A stretch of 63,650 nt of DNA, the filler included, from Octopus bimaculoides (Eukaryota): NCBI RefSeq assembly GCF_001194135.2. It is 5 parts of 5 records of this genome, joined end to end, with 100 filler letters (N's around TTAATTAATTAA, not from the genome) between each part and the next. Parts side by side here need not be neighbours in the genome. Positions count along the whole stretch, not along the records: positions 33,485 to 61,771 come from NC_068981.1; positions 61,872 to 63,650 come from NC_069005.1; 3 more parts are not named here. One strand, given 5' to 3'. The notes under the pieces are model-generated. The model was not told where the DNA came from and searched no databases. It saw nothing but the letters and a program-made list of their open reading frames with translations. This document shows positions 51,755-63,650 of the stretch, one piece after another. The position numbers and the translations under genes were made by a program. Positions within the stretch are counted from its first letter, which is position 1, and the number at the start of each line of letters is the position of its first letter.

Positions 51755-54700
51755 CTTGTATGTGTGATTATGATTGGGTCTGTGTGCACGCGCGTGTGCG
51801 TTTGTACTGGTGACTTGAAATATTTGTTTGCAGACGTTTTTAATGTATTCGTGTTTCGCTTTACAAACTGGAATAACCTTAAAACTATACATTTTAAAGG
51901 TTATATATTTAATCAAATATATGATTTATAATATATAAGATATTAACAAGGATTGCTTTAAATAGAATTAGAAGCCACGTCACTCTGTGCAACATCGTGT
52001 CTAGGCTTGATTCCTGATTTAGGATCTTTAATCGTATGCCTATCTTATGTAGTTGTGAATATCTTATATATACTTTATTGATTTGTTTCCTTCCCATTTT
52101 ACATTGTCACATACACACACCACAAGCACAAACACACACACACATACACAGATGCATACACACACATACACAANNNNNNNNNNNNNNNNNNNNNNNNNNN
52201 NNNNNNNNNNNNNNNNNNNNNNNNNNNNNNNNNNNNNNNNNNNNNNNNNNNNNNNNNNNNNNNNNNNNNNNNNNNCACAAGCACAAACACACACACACAT
52301 ACACAGATGCATACACACACATACACAAACACTCATGCATTTAGTAAAAGTTTGGTTCACTTCCACATGACCTCAAATTTCTCCGACGTGTAGAACACTT
52401 TCATCGGATCAGATATCTGATGCAACTGTGTTCTACGCACGTAGGAAACTTTAAGTTATGTGCAGCTCAGTCCCACTCTTATTAGGTATATGTAACACTA
52501 ACCAAATAAGCTGAGTATTATTTTCGTTTAACATACATATATGTGTGTGTGCGTATGCGTTTGTGTATATCTGTGTATGTCTGAGTGTGCTTGTCTGTGT
52601 GCATGTCTATGCTTGTGTGTGTATATTTATGTGTGCATATATGCATATATGTACGCATGTGTGCGTCTGTGAACAATTTCCTATATATGTATCCATGATT
52701 GCGTTGTGTAAGTTATTGCTATTTTGTGTTATATATGTATTATATCGCATTATACCGTACATTACATAGTATAATCAGATATTTACATATTGGATTATAC
52801 CATGTCTATTATATACCAGAATTATATCACAGCTGAAGAAGAGAATACAGATGCAAAACATAGAAATTGTAAACATAGACACTATTTCTGGCAATCCCCG
52901 ATTTCATAGCATTTATAATGTTAGTGTATTTGTTCAAGTTTTCTGTTACTGTTACCATGTTTTTGTTTGTGGTCTATTCGAGATTCATTTCAAATTGGTT
53001 CACTTTTGAAAAATTATTGTCATATATACACTAGTTGCAGCAGTTTTAATCGTTTATTTTGACAAATTATTTATTTCTAAGAATGGCATTTGTTGTGACG
53101 ATAATATTCGTGGTGTATGTGTTACTAATACATCTAATAGTTGTAACATTGTTCATACTCTCGTTCTTAAGCTTTTTTGTGCAATCCCAAAACAGCTTTT
53201 ACTGAGCGTAACTATGTTGACCAAAAATATTCCAGCAGTAGAGAATTCCATCATTTTTTCTATATCTAGAGCTATAATTGCCAGTTGGGTCCTTCCATTT
53301 TACGTTAGTAGTGTAGAGTGTAATTTGAGGGAAATTTGGATACTACATCTAGTGTATCGAAAGACCACACTGAGGCTCCCTTGTAGATTTGCAGTTGTTG
53401 CTGTTGATGCTGTTGCTGGTGGCGGTGGTATTACTTTTGGTAGTAGTTGTTGCTTTGTGGTATCTCTACGGACGACCTTGTTGTTGATTGTGGTAGCATT
53501 TGGGGCGGTGAACGCTGTTGTTAGGGTTTTAAATGTAATCTGTTTCGCAGAAACGAATTTTCCTATATTGGTATTTTTGTTGAAGGAAATAATATCAATT
53601 TTATTCATTCTAATCATTTAACATTTTGACATCTGTTGTAAACGTTATTCGTGAGGATAAATTTCTCTGATTTTTTTTTTTTAATCTTAAAATTAATGCG
53701 TAATAAATTTTGTTGGTGATTTCGTTGTAGAAGCAATTAAAAGTTGTAGTTGCTGATGTTGTTGATGTTTCGGCAGCGGCAGTATCGGCAGCAGCAGCAA
53801 GAAGTACAGAAGTAGTAATGTATTTATCGTCTGCCTGTCATGAGAGCCCAACACTGCTGCCTACATCTCAACACATGTAAAATCATCACCAAACGGCGCA
53901 GAGTGTACGAGTTGTCCTGTAAAATTCCCTCACTCAGTTTATTTGTAAACTTCCACTGAAAAAGAACCAGAAAACTTTCTCTCAATAACTTCAATGAAAC
54001 GATACAGAACAGCTTTAGAATTTACCAACAAGCACCTGCAATCATGCACCAATTCAAACACACGGGATTATATAGAGAGAATCTTGAACAAAGCACAATC
54101 GCAAGTCTTTTTTTTATTTTATTTTGTACTTGTCAAGAAATAGTTTATTGTTTATGTTAACATTAATAAAAGAGGATTTTACACTGTATTTTGGATCAAC
54201 TTATCTCTCTTTGGAAATGACTCTACATTGTGCATTCGTCTATGTCTTTATGGAAACATCTACGTGAGAGACACTATGAAATGTTAAAGAAGTAATGTGG
54301 AACATCAGTGAAGACATAGAATTATAGTGATTATAGTATGTAAATAAGTTCAGGTAATATAAATTTAAAAAATAAAAAAAGATTCTAGTCCGTAGTTAAA
54401 AGTGTTCAGAATGCGAAATCATTAGCACCATTTATAATTACAAATTGTATGTGCGTAATGTATGTATAATGCAGACTGTCTACTTTGTGCAAATTATACG
54501 TCTGTAATGGTTACAAAAGACGAGTTTACTCAGCTACTAAGCAGAATTCAATCAATATGCGAGAAACATCGATACTATAATTCATATAATGTAAGTGACA
54601 AGGGACTTTAACTTCAATCAGTTGAAAGAAAGATGTAAGACAAATATTTCGAGATAAAGAGAAGCGGAGAATGAGAGCGAGAGAAACAGACAGACAAAGA

Positions 54701-55989
54701 GAGAGAAAGAAAAAAAAAGAGAACTGCAGTACATTATGAGAGAACAAGATCCTATTCTTTTAAACATCACAGATCAAACGCCATCGCATTTATTGGTTCA
54801 AAATCACTAAGGCGCAGTTTAACTCCAAACAAGTAATATCTTTGGAAAATACAATAAACCTTGTATAATGATGTATTTTATTGGGCAATCAATCTAATCC
54901 ATTACCTAGACGTTATACATTCACTACTAAATTTATGACAGCAATATTCACTCAAAGCATTTACAATCATATGTTTCTATTCAATATCCAGTTTATACTA
55001 CACTATCAATGACACAATAGGTAAAGAAACGGGAATGTTTCATTTTTACGAATACAAAGAGAAAAACAAGAATGACAAGTCATTAAAATAACATAACTAT
55101 CTTATATGTTATATATGTCCAGAACACTATTAAATATGTAGTTTATTTGGCAAATATTTACCATTATATAACTTACATTTTGATTGTGCACAAACAATAT
55201 ATTTTAATGGGTAAGTAAACGGTCGGTGGGTCACACATTGGTATTAGCGATACAATGAAACTAGATTTTCAAATAAAAATGAAAATCGGACAGGAAAACC
55301 ACTGTCCATAAGATGCATTGCTGTATGGTACTAAAGGTAATATTGATAAGCATTCGATATGAATATTTATATTATACATATATACACACGTATTTATAAG
55401 TGTGTAATACGTGCGTTTCCATTATTTTTCCATCACATTGTGATGTTAGTGTTCTTTTACGTGTTGTATATATTGTCAAATATGGAATCGGTACATACCA
55501 ATTAAATGCAGAGACGGACCAACACAGTTTATGTATGTGTATATGTCAGTCCTATGTGCGTGTAAACGTGCATATACACATATATACACCTGTGCCTGTG
55601 TAGAGTATATATGAGTGCATGTGTGTGTGCGTGCATTTGTATATGTAATATATATATTATACACATATTGCATATTACATCTACATATATATATATATAT
55701 CTGTGCGTGTTTGTTTGTGTATATAATATATGTAAAATTTATGTAGAATAATGCATGTATATATATGAATATATACATGAATATATATATATGAATATAA
55801 TAGAAGAATATATACATGTATACATATGAATATAAAAGAAGCGACGTAAGAGAGTAGATGTTTATTCCATTCCTTTACAGCTGTTTCATAGTCTTGTTGG
55901 CCGTTTCATAGATATTATATCACCATTCTTACGCACATAAAGTATACATAAGAATGCATAGGATATATATATATATGTGTGTGTGTGTG

Positions 55990-56410
55990 TGTATTGACCA
56001 AACAAGAATATCACTCCGCCGAAGAACCACTCTTCACAAAGAACAAATCCGCCGCCCACAATACAGGCAGATATACGTCAGTGAACACATAGATAGGTGT
56101 GCTGAGAACCTTAATCCTAATTTCCTAATTTTCCCCTTCTATCAATGTTCACAGAGCACCTGAGTACAGCAAAGCATAAATAAAGAAGCAACTTTCATCA
56201 ATAAATATCATCCACAACTTAACATGAATCCAACATAATACAGAACACTACTAACCTTACCGAAAATTCCACTAACACCCATACATTTCCTATACCTTTC
56301 ATACTGCAGTTTTATATAGACCTAATTGCACCACGTCCAGAACTAATTACCTCCCTTACACAATCTTTTAATTCAGGGACTAGTAGACCCGAAACCGTTT
56401 GATAATCGGT
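55990..56410 (+). mobile_element. Penelope-like GIY-YIG endonuclease C-terminal fragment with pLTR remnant
   Basis: (Y)IDQTRISLRRRTTLHKEQIR..VSEHIDRC..FLIFPFYQ..KEATFINKYHPQLN*; GGG..CCC-GAAAC at 56376-56395. Confidence 0.78.
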
Positions 56411-56695
56411 GCGTCGGTGCGCATTCAAAGCCAGTGAACAACAATGACGACACCGGTTTGACTTTGAATCCCTTTAACAATTCAAAATAATGAATTTAAT
56501 TCCTTTTAATTCTACCCTAATCCATCTAATTGTATTTATTGATCGCTACTTTTAATAGAAAAGCCCTTATTTTTTATATTCAATGTGCCTTTTCGTTTTT
56601 TTCTTCTTCCTTTCCTCCTAACTTTTCCACGTGTAGTTTCTATTTTCTTTTTTGGAACATATTTCTAAGATATAGATATATATATGTATTTATAA

Positions 56696-56757
<62 letters not shown>

Positions 56758-57774
56758 NNNNNNNNNNNNNNNNNNNNNNNNNNNNNNNNNNNNNNNNNNN
56801 NNNNNNNNNNNNNNNNNNNNNNNNNNNNNNNNATATATATATATATATATACACTGCTTGGAAGTTACCTTACATCTTATGGTTTTTCCCATTAGGGGAG
56901 TTATAATAGTTTATTGGCTCCTTAACTGTCTCTTAACAAGCTGATGATATTTCCGATTTTAATTTGCGAACGTCAAATTTACGCAGTACTTCATGGCTTG
57001 AACAAAAATGCTAATAACTTTTACTTGAAAACCACATGTACGTTTTTTCAAAATTCTCACTCTGAACAAGTGTTGTCACACATCTATATTCTTGACACTA
57101 CCAAACACCGAATATGTATCAATAATGACTTTAGATATATATATATATATATATATATATAACCATGACTGAAAATAGAAGTGTAGCTTTAAGTCTTCTT
57201 AGGTTATATTGATATATGATATGCGTTGTTAATTAATGAACACATGTACTTAGTCTCAAGTAGACAGTTATTAATATCGACGCAGTTGGAGAAGATATGA
57301 AATTAATTGTATTTCATTCATTTTTCTTCACTTATTTGGACAGAACAGTACTAGAGAAGTATTTTTCGTTATTAACAAGCGAATTTCGAATGAGGGGCCA
57401 GTAAATCTCGCAGATAGATGGATGAGTATTGTATAAAATGAATGAGAGTATATTTCAGATTAAAAGAGAACTTTGTTTGTCTTAGTTTTGAAAACTAAAA
57501 GAAGTATTAAAAAAAACGAATTATTTATGGAATAACCCAATAGTTTGTGCCTACTCGCGAGAATATAAAGATCTAAAACAACGAGTGGAAGCATAGTACA
57601 GCCTAGCAACAGTCGCGGTATATGCATGTATGTGTGCAAGTACAGAAAGAGAGAGAGATTGGGGGAAAACATGCAGACAAATAGAGAGACAAACAGAGAC
57701 AGACTGACGAAAACTGAGAGAAACAGTTAGACATACGTACATGCATAAAAGTATATAAAGGTGACCCCCTCCTT

Positions 57775-58030
57775 TTGGTCATGAATGACTATGGGATTGC
57801 ACCTAGAGAGTTACCCTCCGAGGCACAAGTCCGGACAAGGTTGTTTATGGAAGACCAGCAGTCGCCCAAGCAATACCAACCTCCCCTCTCCACGCTGCCG
57901 ATGTTATTGAAGGGAAAGGCAAAAGCGGATGCAGGTTGGCACCAGTGACATCTCAACACATTTCTACAGCTGAGTGAACTGGAGCAGCGTGAAATAAAAT
58001 GTCTTGGTCAAGAACACAATACGCAGCACG
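57775..58030 (-). mobile_element. SINE of a third family (CTTGACCAAGACATTTTATTTCACGCTGCTCCAGTTCACTCAGCTG core on minus)
   Basis: The core resembles conserved SINE central domains; a decayed plus copy lies near 26620-26730. Confidence 0.6.
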
Positions 58031-58156
58031 GTTTACAGAAAAACAAAAGACGGAGACAGGAATATGAACAAGGAAGTGTACTAGTTTGACGCAGGGGAAA
58101 ATGAAAACGTCTTTTACGCTTCTAGCCTACGCTGGAATAAGAGGAAACACGTAGAT

Positions 58157-58201
<45 letters not shown>

Positions 58202-59833
58202 TATNNNNNNNNNNNNNNNNNNNNNNNNNNNNNNNNNNNNNNNNNNNNNNNNNNNNNNNNNNNNNNNNNNNNNNNNNNNNNNNNNNNNNNNNNNNNNNNN
58301 NNNNNNNNNNNNNNNNNNNNNNNNNNNNNNNNNNNNNNNNNNNNNNNNNNNNNNNNNNNNNNNNNNNNNNNNNNNNNNNNNNNNNNNNNNNNNNNNNNNN
58401 NNNNNNNNNNNNNNNNNNNNNNNNNNNNNNNNNNNNNNNNNNNNNTATATATATATATATATATACAAACATTCATATATACATACATATATATATATGT
58501 ATATATACATACTTATACATATGTTTATATATATACACGCATTATTGACAACGAAAATGTAAAGATAGTGTTAAATAGTATTAAGAATATATAAAATGAA
58601 GACTTTAATAGAATATAAACAATTTAAATAAAGGATATTATTGAAATGCTAAGTGGACTCGTTGATCAGTCTTTGTAAGTATATGTATGGACGTGCATTT
58701 ATGAATTTCGTCATGAATACAGATGTAAATCAGTATATATTCTTTCTATTATTTACTCCGTCAGGACAGGTAACACCATGAAAATGGGATGTAACTGAGC
58801 TATTCGATGAATAGAAATCAGAACATGAGTGGCAGCTTATGAAATGCTGTCAATATAATTGACTAAAATCTGTGAAAGCTGTGCCCCAGCATGATTGCAG
58901 TCTAATGACTTGCAGCCAGTAAAACAACTTTTGATAGTTCCTATAATGTCAATAAGTGTGAGAAATACCCGCTGTTAAATAAAGTTAACGTATTCATGTC
59001 TTTACAGTAACTTTCTAACACCAGCTAAGAATATTTTCTTTTTCTAACTAGAAATGTCATTTTTATCGATTCGATCGTACACATTTTATGCAATGGAATG
59101 AATAATGCATATATTCACTGATGTTATTTTTATGTTTTCTTATTTATCTATCTCTTTCTTTTTTTTTTTTTACATTCAAACTCTATTCGCCATCTTAACA
59201 AATCACATGTTGAAATCTTTTCAAAACTTGAGATCTGATCTTGATATATACTGGATCTTGTTCGGTTCATATTCATAAGGTTATATATTATTGGATACTG
59301 TATAATTTTTGTGCGGCTTTTTTTAAGGAAGAGAAAATATTCTCTACTACTATATTTCAGGGCCACTAAGATCGCTATGGGGAAGAGAGTAGGTTATAAC
59401 GTAAACTAGAAAACTGATCAGTATGCTTGCATAATTCTGAAAATCGCTAAAACCCAACAGGGTAATTCTAACTCTAGCAATTGAATAGAGTGTCAGTAGT
59501 AATATCCCATTGATAGTTATTACATTTTTATAGTTTCTTCAGTAAAGGGCTCGAGGCAAAATATAAATATACAAATTAAAATTGACATTGAAATGAATGT
59601 AATATATAAATGTGTAGATATGACACAATAGTGTGCAATAAAATGCATAACATTTAGTCATTATTGCTCCATGCTTCATAAAATATAAACCAACAATGAA
59701 ACGTTCTAATACATTATCTATACCTTATGAAAGTTGGTGGAAAATTTATCCCTATTTAGCTATATGTATCTATATATCTACAGTTTGTATATATCCATAC
59801 TAACCTTCCCCATCTCTTTTTACACACGTGCAC

Positions 59834-59904
<71 letters not shown>

Positions 59905-60308
59905 NNNNNNNNNNNNNNNNNNNNNNNNNNNNNNNNNNNNNNNNNNNNNNNNNNNNNNNNNNNNNNNNNNNNNNNNNNNNNNNNNNNNNNNNNNNNNNNN
60001 NNNNNNNNNNNNNNNNNNNNNNNNNNNNNNNNNNNNNNNNNNNNNNNNNNNNNNNNNNNNNNNNNNNNNNNNNNNNNNNNNNNNNNNNNNNNNNNNNNNN
60101 NNNNNNNNNNNNNNNNNNNNNNNNNNNNNNNNNNNNNNNNNNNNNNNNNNNNNNNNNNNNNNNNNNNNNNNNNNNNNNNNNNNNNNNNNNNNNNNNNNNN
60201 NNNNNNNNNNNNNNNNNNNNNNNNNNNNNNNNNNNNNNNNNNNNNNNNNNNNNNNNNNNNNNNNNNNNNNNNNNNNNNNNNNNNNNNNNNNNNNNNNNNN
60301 NNNNNNNN

Positions 60309-60346
<38 letters not shown>

Positions 60347-60743
60347 GCACACACGCACGAACTCCCCCCGCCACACACACACACACGTATGAATGTGTGT
60401 ATGCGTGTGTGAGTATGTATGCATGATAAACTTTAAATGATTTACGGGTGCCCTCCATAGCTAAATAGAATTGATGACGTGTATCACATGAAAGAAAAAA
60501 ATCTACTGGTAAGCTTATTCTAGTTTTTAGATACTGAATTGATAAAATAAATTCTGAATTTAAGAATCACAGTATTAATTTCCAGCACAAGATCAGCTCT
60601 TGTCAAGGCGGTATCCGATGATACACTTTCAAGATATGATTATCTTGCATTTTCAAAAAGAGTGTATATCACAAAGCATGTTTTACACGATCTTCTTTCT
60701 TAAGGTGTCTTTTTTTTCTTAGCCGAATGTCGATTCGTTTATT

Positions 60744-60981
60744 ATTTCTTATTTCTTTATTGCCCACAGGGGGCTAAACATAGAGGGGACAAACAAGGAC
60801 AGACAAAGAGATTAAGTCGATTACATCGACCTCTGTGCGTAACTGGTACTTATTTAATGGACCCCGAAAGGATGAAAGGCAAAGTCGACCTCGGCGGAAT
60901 TTGAACTCAGAACGTATCGACAGAAGAAATACCGCTAAACATTTCATCCGGCGTGCTAACGTTTCTGCCAGCTCACCACCT
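60744..60981 (-). mobile_element. SINE family A (alternative tail) with 10-bp TSD
   Basis: TTCGTTTATT at 60734-60743 and 60982-60991. Confidence 0.9.
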
Positions 60982-61972
60982 TTCGTTTATTTGTTTATTA
61001 TTTCTGGCAAGTAAATTAGTAAGGATCCCAAAGAGAGGAGAATGCTTAATTAGACTAGGATTCTAGTAAGTCATATAAATATATCCAAATTTAATATTGC
61101 TCTATATGGCTCCATGTTATAAGTACTCTTTTATTTAAAAGACTAATATGGTCGCATCTTAAACTTTATTCCTTTCTCTAGATTGAATCTAATTGTAAAT
61201 TCTGTTAGGAAATTTAAATACATACCTTAATACCAATTGCAACTGTCGGTATAAGATAATAAAACGCCTAGAGATTACAGTGTTAAACTTAATATAAAAC
61301 ATCAGCTGTCATAATAGATTCTAAATTTATTGCATATCCTGTTTTATAAGAGTTTTAGCCTATAAGTTTCTAAGCCCCGGTGGCAGTAGTCGTAAGCATA
61401 AATCCTGGTACAAGAAGACATAATTAATATATTCGGTAACAATTTCAACTTAATTTCTTTAGGCGTTAATATTAAAAGGTGCATAAGGTAAAGAGCAGCT
61501 GCTATTTGGATTGATCACAGTAACATATGAACTGATTCAGCTCCAGGTATATGCGATGTGCATACGCAACGTACAGCAAATATTTTGTGTACAAGTTCCT
61601 TCCTTATCGACGGAAAAATATTAATGTCACCTACCTGCAGGATATCTGCTCACATTTTATATGAATAAAATATGTACATTTCGTATTCATATTTAGAGAA
61701 ATATATTCAAATGTAGTTTATAGATTGTGTATTATACATAAGCACACAATACACATAGATATGCCTGTATGNNNNNNNNNNNNNNNNNNNNNNNNNNNNN
61801 NNNNNNNNNNNNNNNTTAATTAATTAANNNNNNNNNNNNNNNNNNNNNNNNNNNNNNNNNNNNNNNNNNNNAGTGGAGGGGAGAGGACGGTAGGAGAGAA
61901 GCAGTCACTTTGCTTCTTACAGTTTTAATCTCCCGTTCTTTCATACGGAGAAGGAACGAGAGAGACAGAGAA

Positions 61973-62005
<33 letters not shown>

Positions 62006-62569
62006 AAGTGAGAGAGACAGAGATTATTGGGAGGGAAACGCAGGTTGGGAGGAAAGGAGGTAGAGAGCAGTGGCAGGAAGGGAGAGAGAAGGTGGGAGGA
62101 AAAGGGAGAAAGAGATATATTAGCGAGAGAGTGAGAGTGAGAAAGAGCGGGAGGGTGAGAGGCCATCGTATTCCCGTCTTCCCTGTAGCTTTAATACCTC
62201 CCACTCCCACATTTACATACGCCCTCACACACACTACTCTCCCTCTCTTTCTGTCTTTCTCTCTCTCTCTCTTTCTATCTATCTATCTCTCTCTCTCTCA
62301 CACCAAAGCTCTGCGTGTGTTCCTCTAAGGAAAGTCAATCAGTGTTGGATTGAGGAGACCAAACGACATTCAAAGCTATTTCTCCATGGTCCACCTTACA
62401 TATTAACAGGTAAGTCAGACTTTCTTCCTCTCACCACCACCACCACCACCACAATCACCACCGCCACCACTACCATCAACTCAACTCTCACGACGTACAA
62501 TCAATGAAGCAGTCTCCAATATGGTCTCCCGTCGTGCTAGAAATAACAGCCAAATCTCAATCACATTTA

Positions 62570-63000
62570 CTCTTTACTCACTTTATAACTCTTTTACTTG
62601 TTTCAGTCATTTTTGACTGTGGCCATGCTGGAGCACCGCCCTTATAATCGAGCAAATCGACCCCAGGACTTATTCTGTGGAAGCCTAGTACTTATTCTAT
62701 CGGTCTCTTTTGCCGAACCGCTAAGTTACGGGGACGTAAACACACCAGCAACGGTTGTCACCATTTTCATCTTTTATCTTCTATGTTTTATTTTGTTTCA
62801 AACATTGGACTGCGGCCATGCTGGGGCATAGCCTTGAACGGTTTAGTTGAACAAATAGCCCCCAGTACTTATTTTTTTATTATTTATTAATTTTTTTTTT
62901 AAATTTTAAAGCCTACTACTTATTGTATCGGTTAATTTTGCCGAACCGCTATATTACGGTGGTGTTAAACAAACCAACACCGGTTATTGAGTGATGGTCA
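62570..63000 (-). mobile_element. Two tandem SINE family B 3' fragments
   Basis: Two TGTTTC..GGCCATGCTGG..GAACCGCTA blocks at ~62590 and ~62790. Confidence 0.8.
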
Positions 63001-63304
63001 CGACTGGAATAACATTGATCAGTGGTTAGCTGGATCAGGATTGAGAAGGCAGATTATTGACCGCTCCCCCGCCCAGTCTTTTCTTTCTTTTCTCAGTGCT
63101 TGTTTCGATCTCACTTCATTGCTAGAAAGAGTAGCCAAATATTCTCCTACAATGACGTCAGACTATCTTATGTAGATATAAATATACGAAGATGGTAAAC
63201 AGGATGATCATAGGCAGAACGCCTTTGATCTTAAATTGACTTTCTTTGGACTAACTGGGGACTAAAGCAATGATTATATATATATATTATATATATATAC
63301 ACAT

Positions 63305-63339
<35 letters not shown>

Positions 63340-63650
63340 CAATGTAAAATAGTGTACATTTAAACACAAGAGAAAACTACCTGCAACAGGTAGTTTTTGC
63401 ACGTTAGAAGAAGCAGTCAAAACGACCAAAAACCACATTTAAGAGCAATCTCCAAAAGGAATGAAAAATAAAAAGTTTTTGCCTTGTTATTTTATATATA
63501 TATAAATATAAATATATACATAAAAAATATATATATGTATGTATATGTGTATATGTGTGTGTGTGTGTATGTGTATATATATGTATGTATGTATACGCAC
63601 ATAATTAATTATACATATGTATGTGTATGTATATATATATATATAAATAT

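Noticed and set aside
56161-56163. Selenocysteine UGA as in Naiad PLEs
   Set aside because: The TGA is not at a conserved Cys position, and the EN appears C-terminal (followed by a stop and pLTR), unlike Naiads.

Overview
AT-rich (~1/3 GC), microsatellite-saturated eukaryotic genomic DNA with many N gaps. The SINE and LINE families and the (CA/TA/ATC/AAT)n load point to a cephalopod, most likely Octopus (inference). No intact host protein-coding gene, rRNA, true tRNA or CRISPR array could be supported, and most ORF-track entries are translated microsatellites or N runs. The window is mostly decayed transposons. Retroelements: four Penelope-like (PLE) fragments with GIY-YIG and/or RT, several hammerhead-ribozyme-like pLTR remnants, three R4/Dong-like RLE LINE fragments, RTE LINE fragments with many 3' tails, two main tRNA-derived SINE families, and a tandem LTR pair with a polypurine tract. 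DNA elements: internally deleted pogo-like (HTH+PHD), maT (DD37D) and rosa-type (DD41D) transposons, several MITEs/foldback elements and Helitron-like ends. Four 100-bp N spacers carry an artificial TTAATTAATTAA six-frame stop, so adjacency across them is uncertain. All calls come from manual motif reading; no database searches were run.
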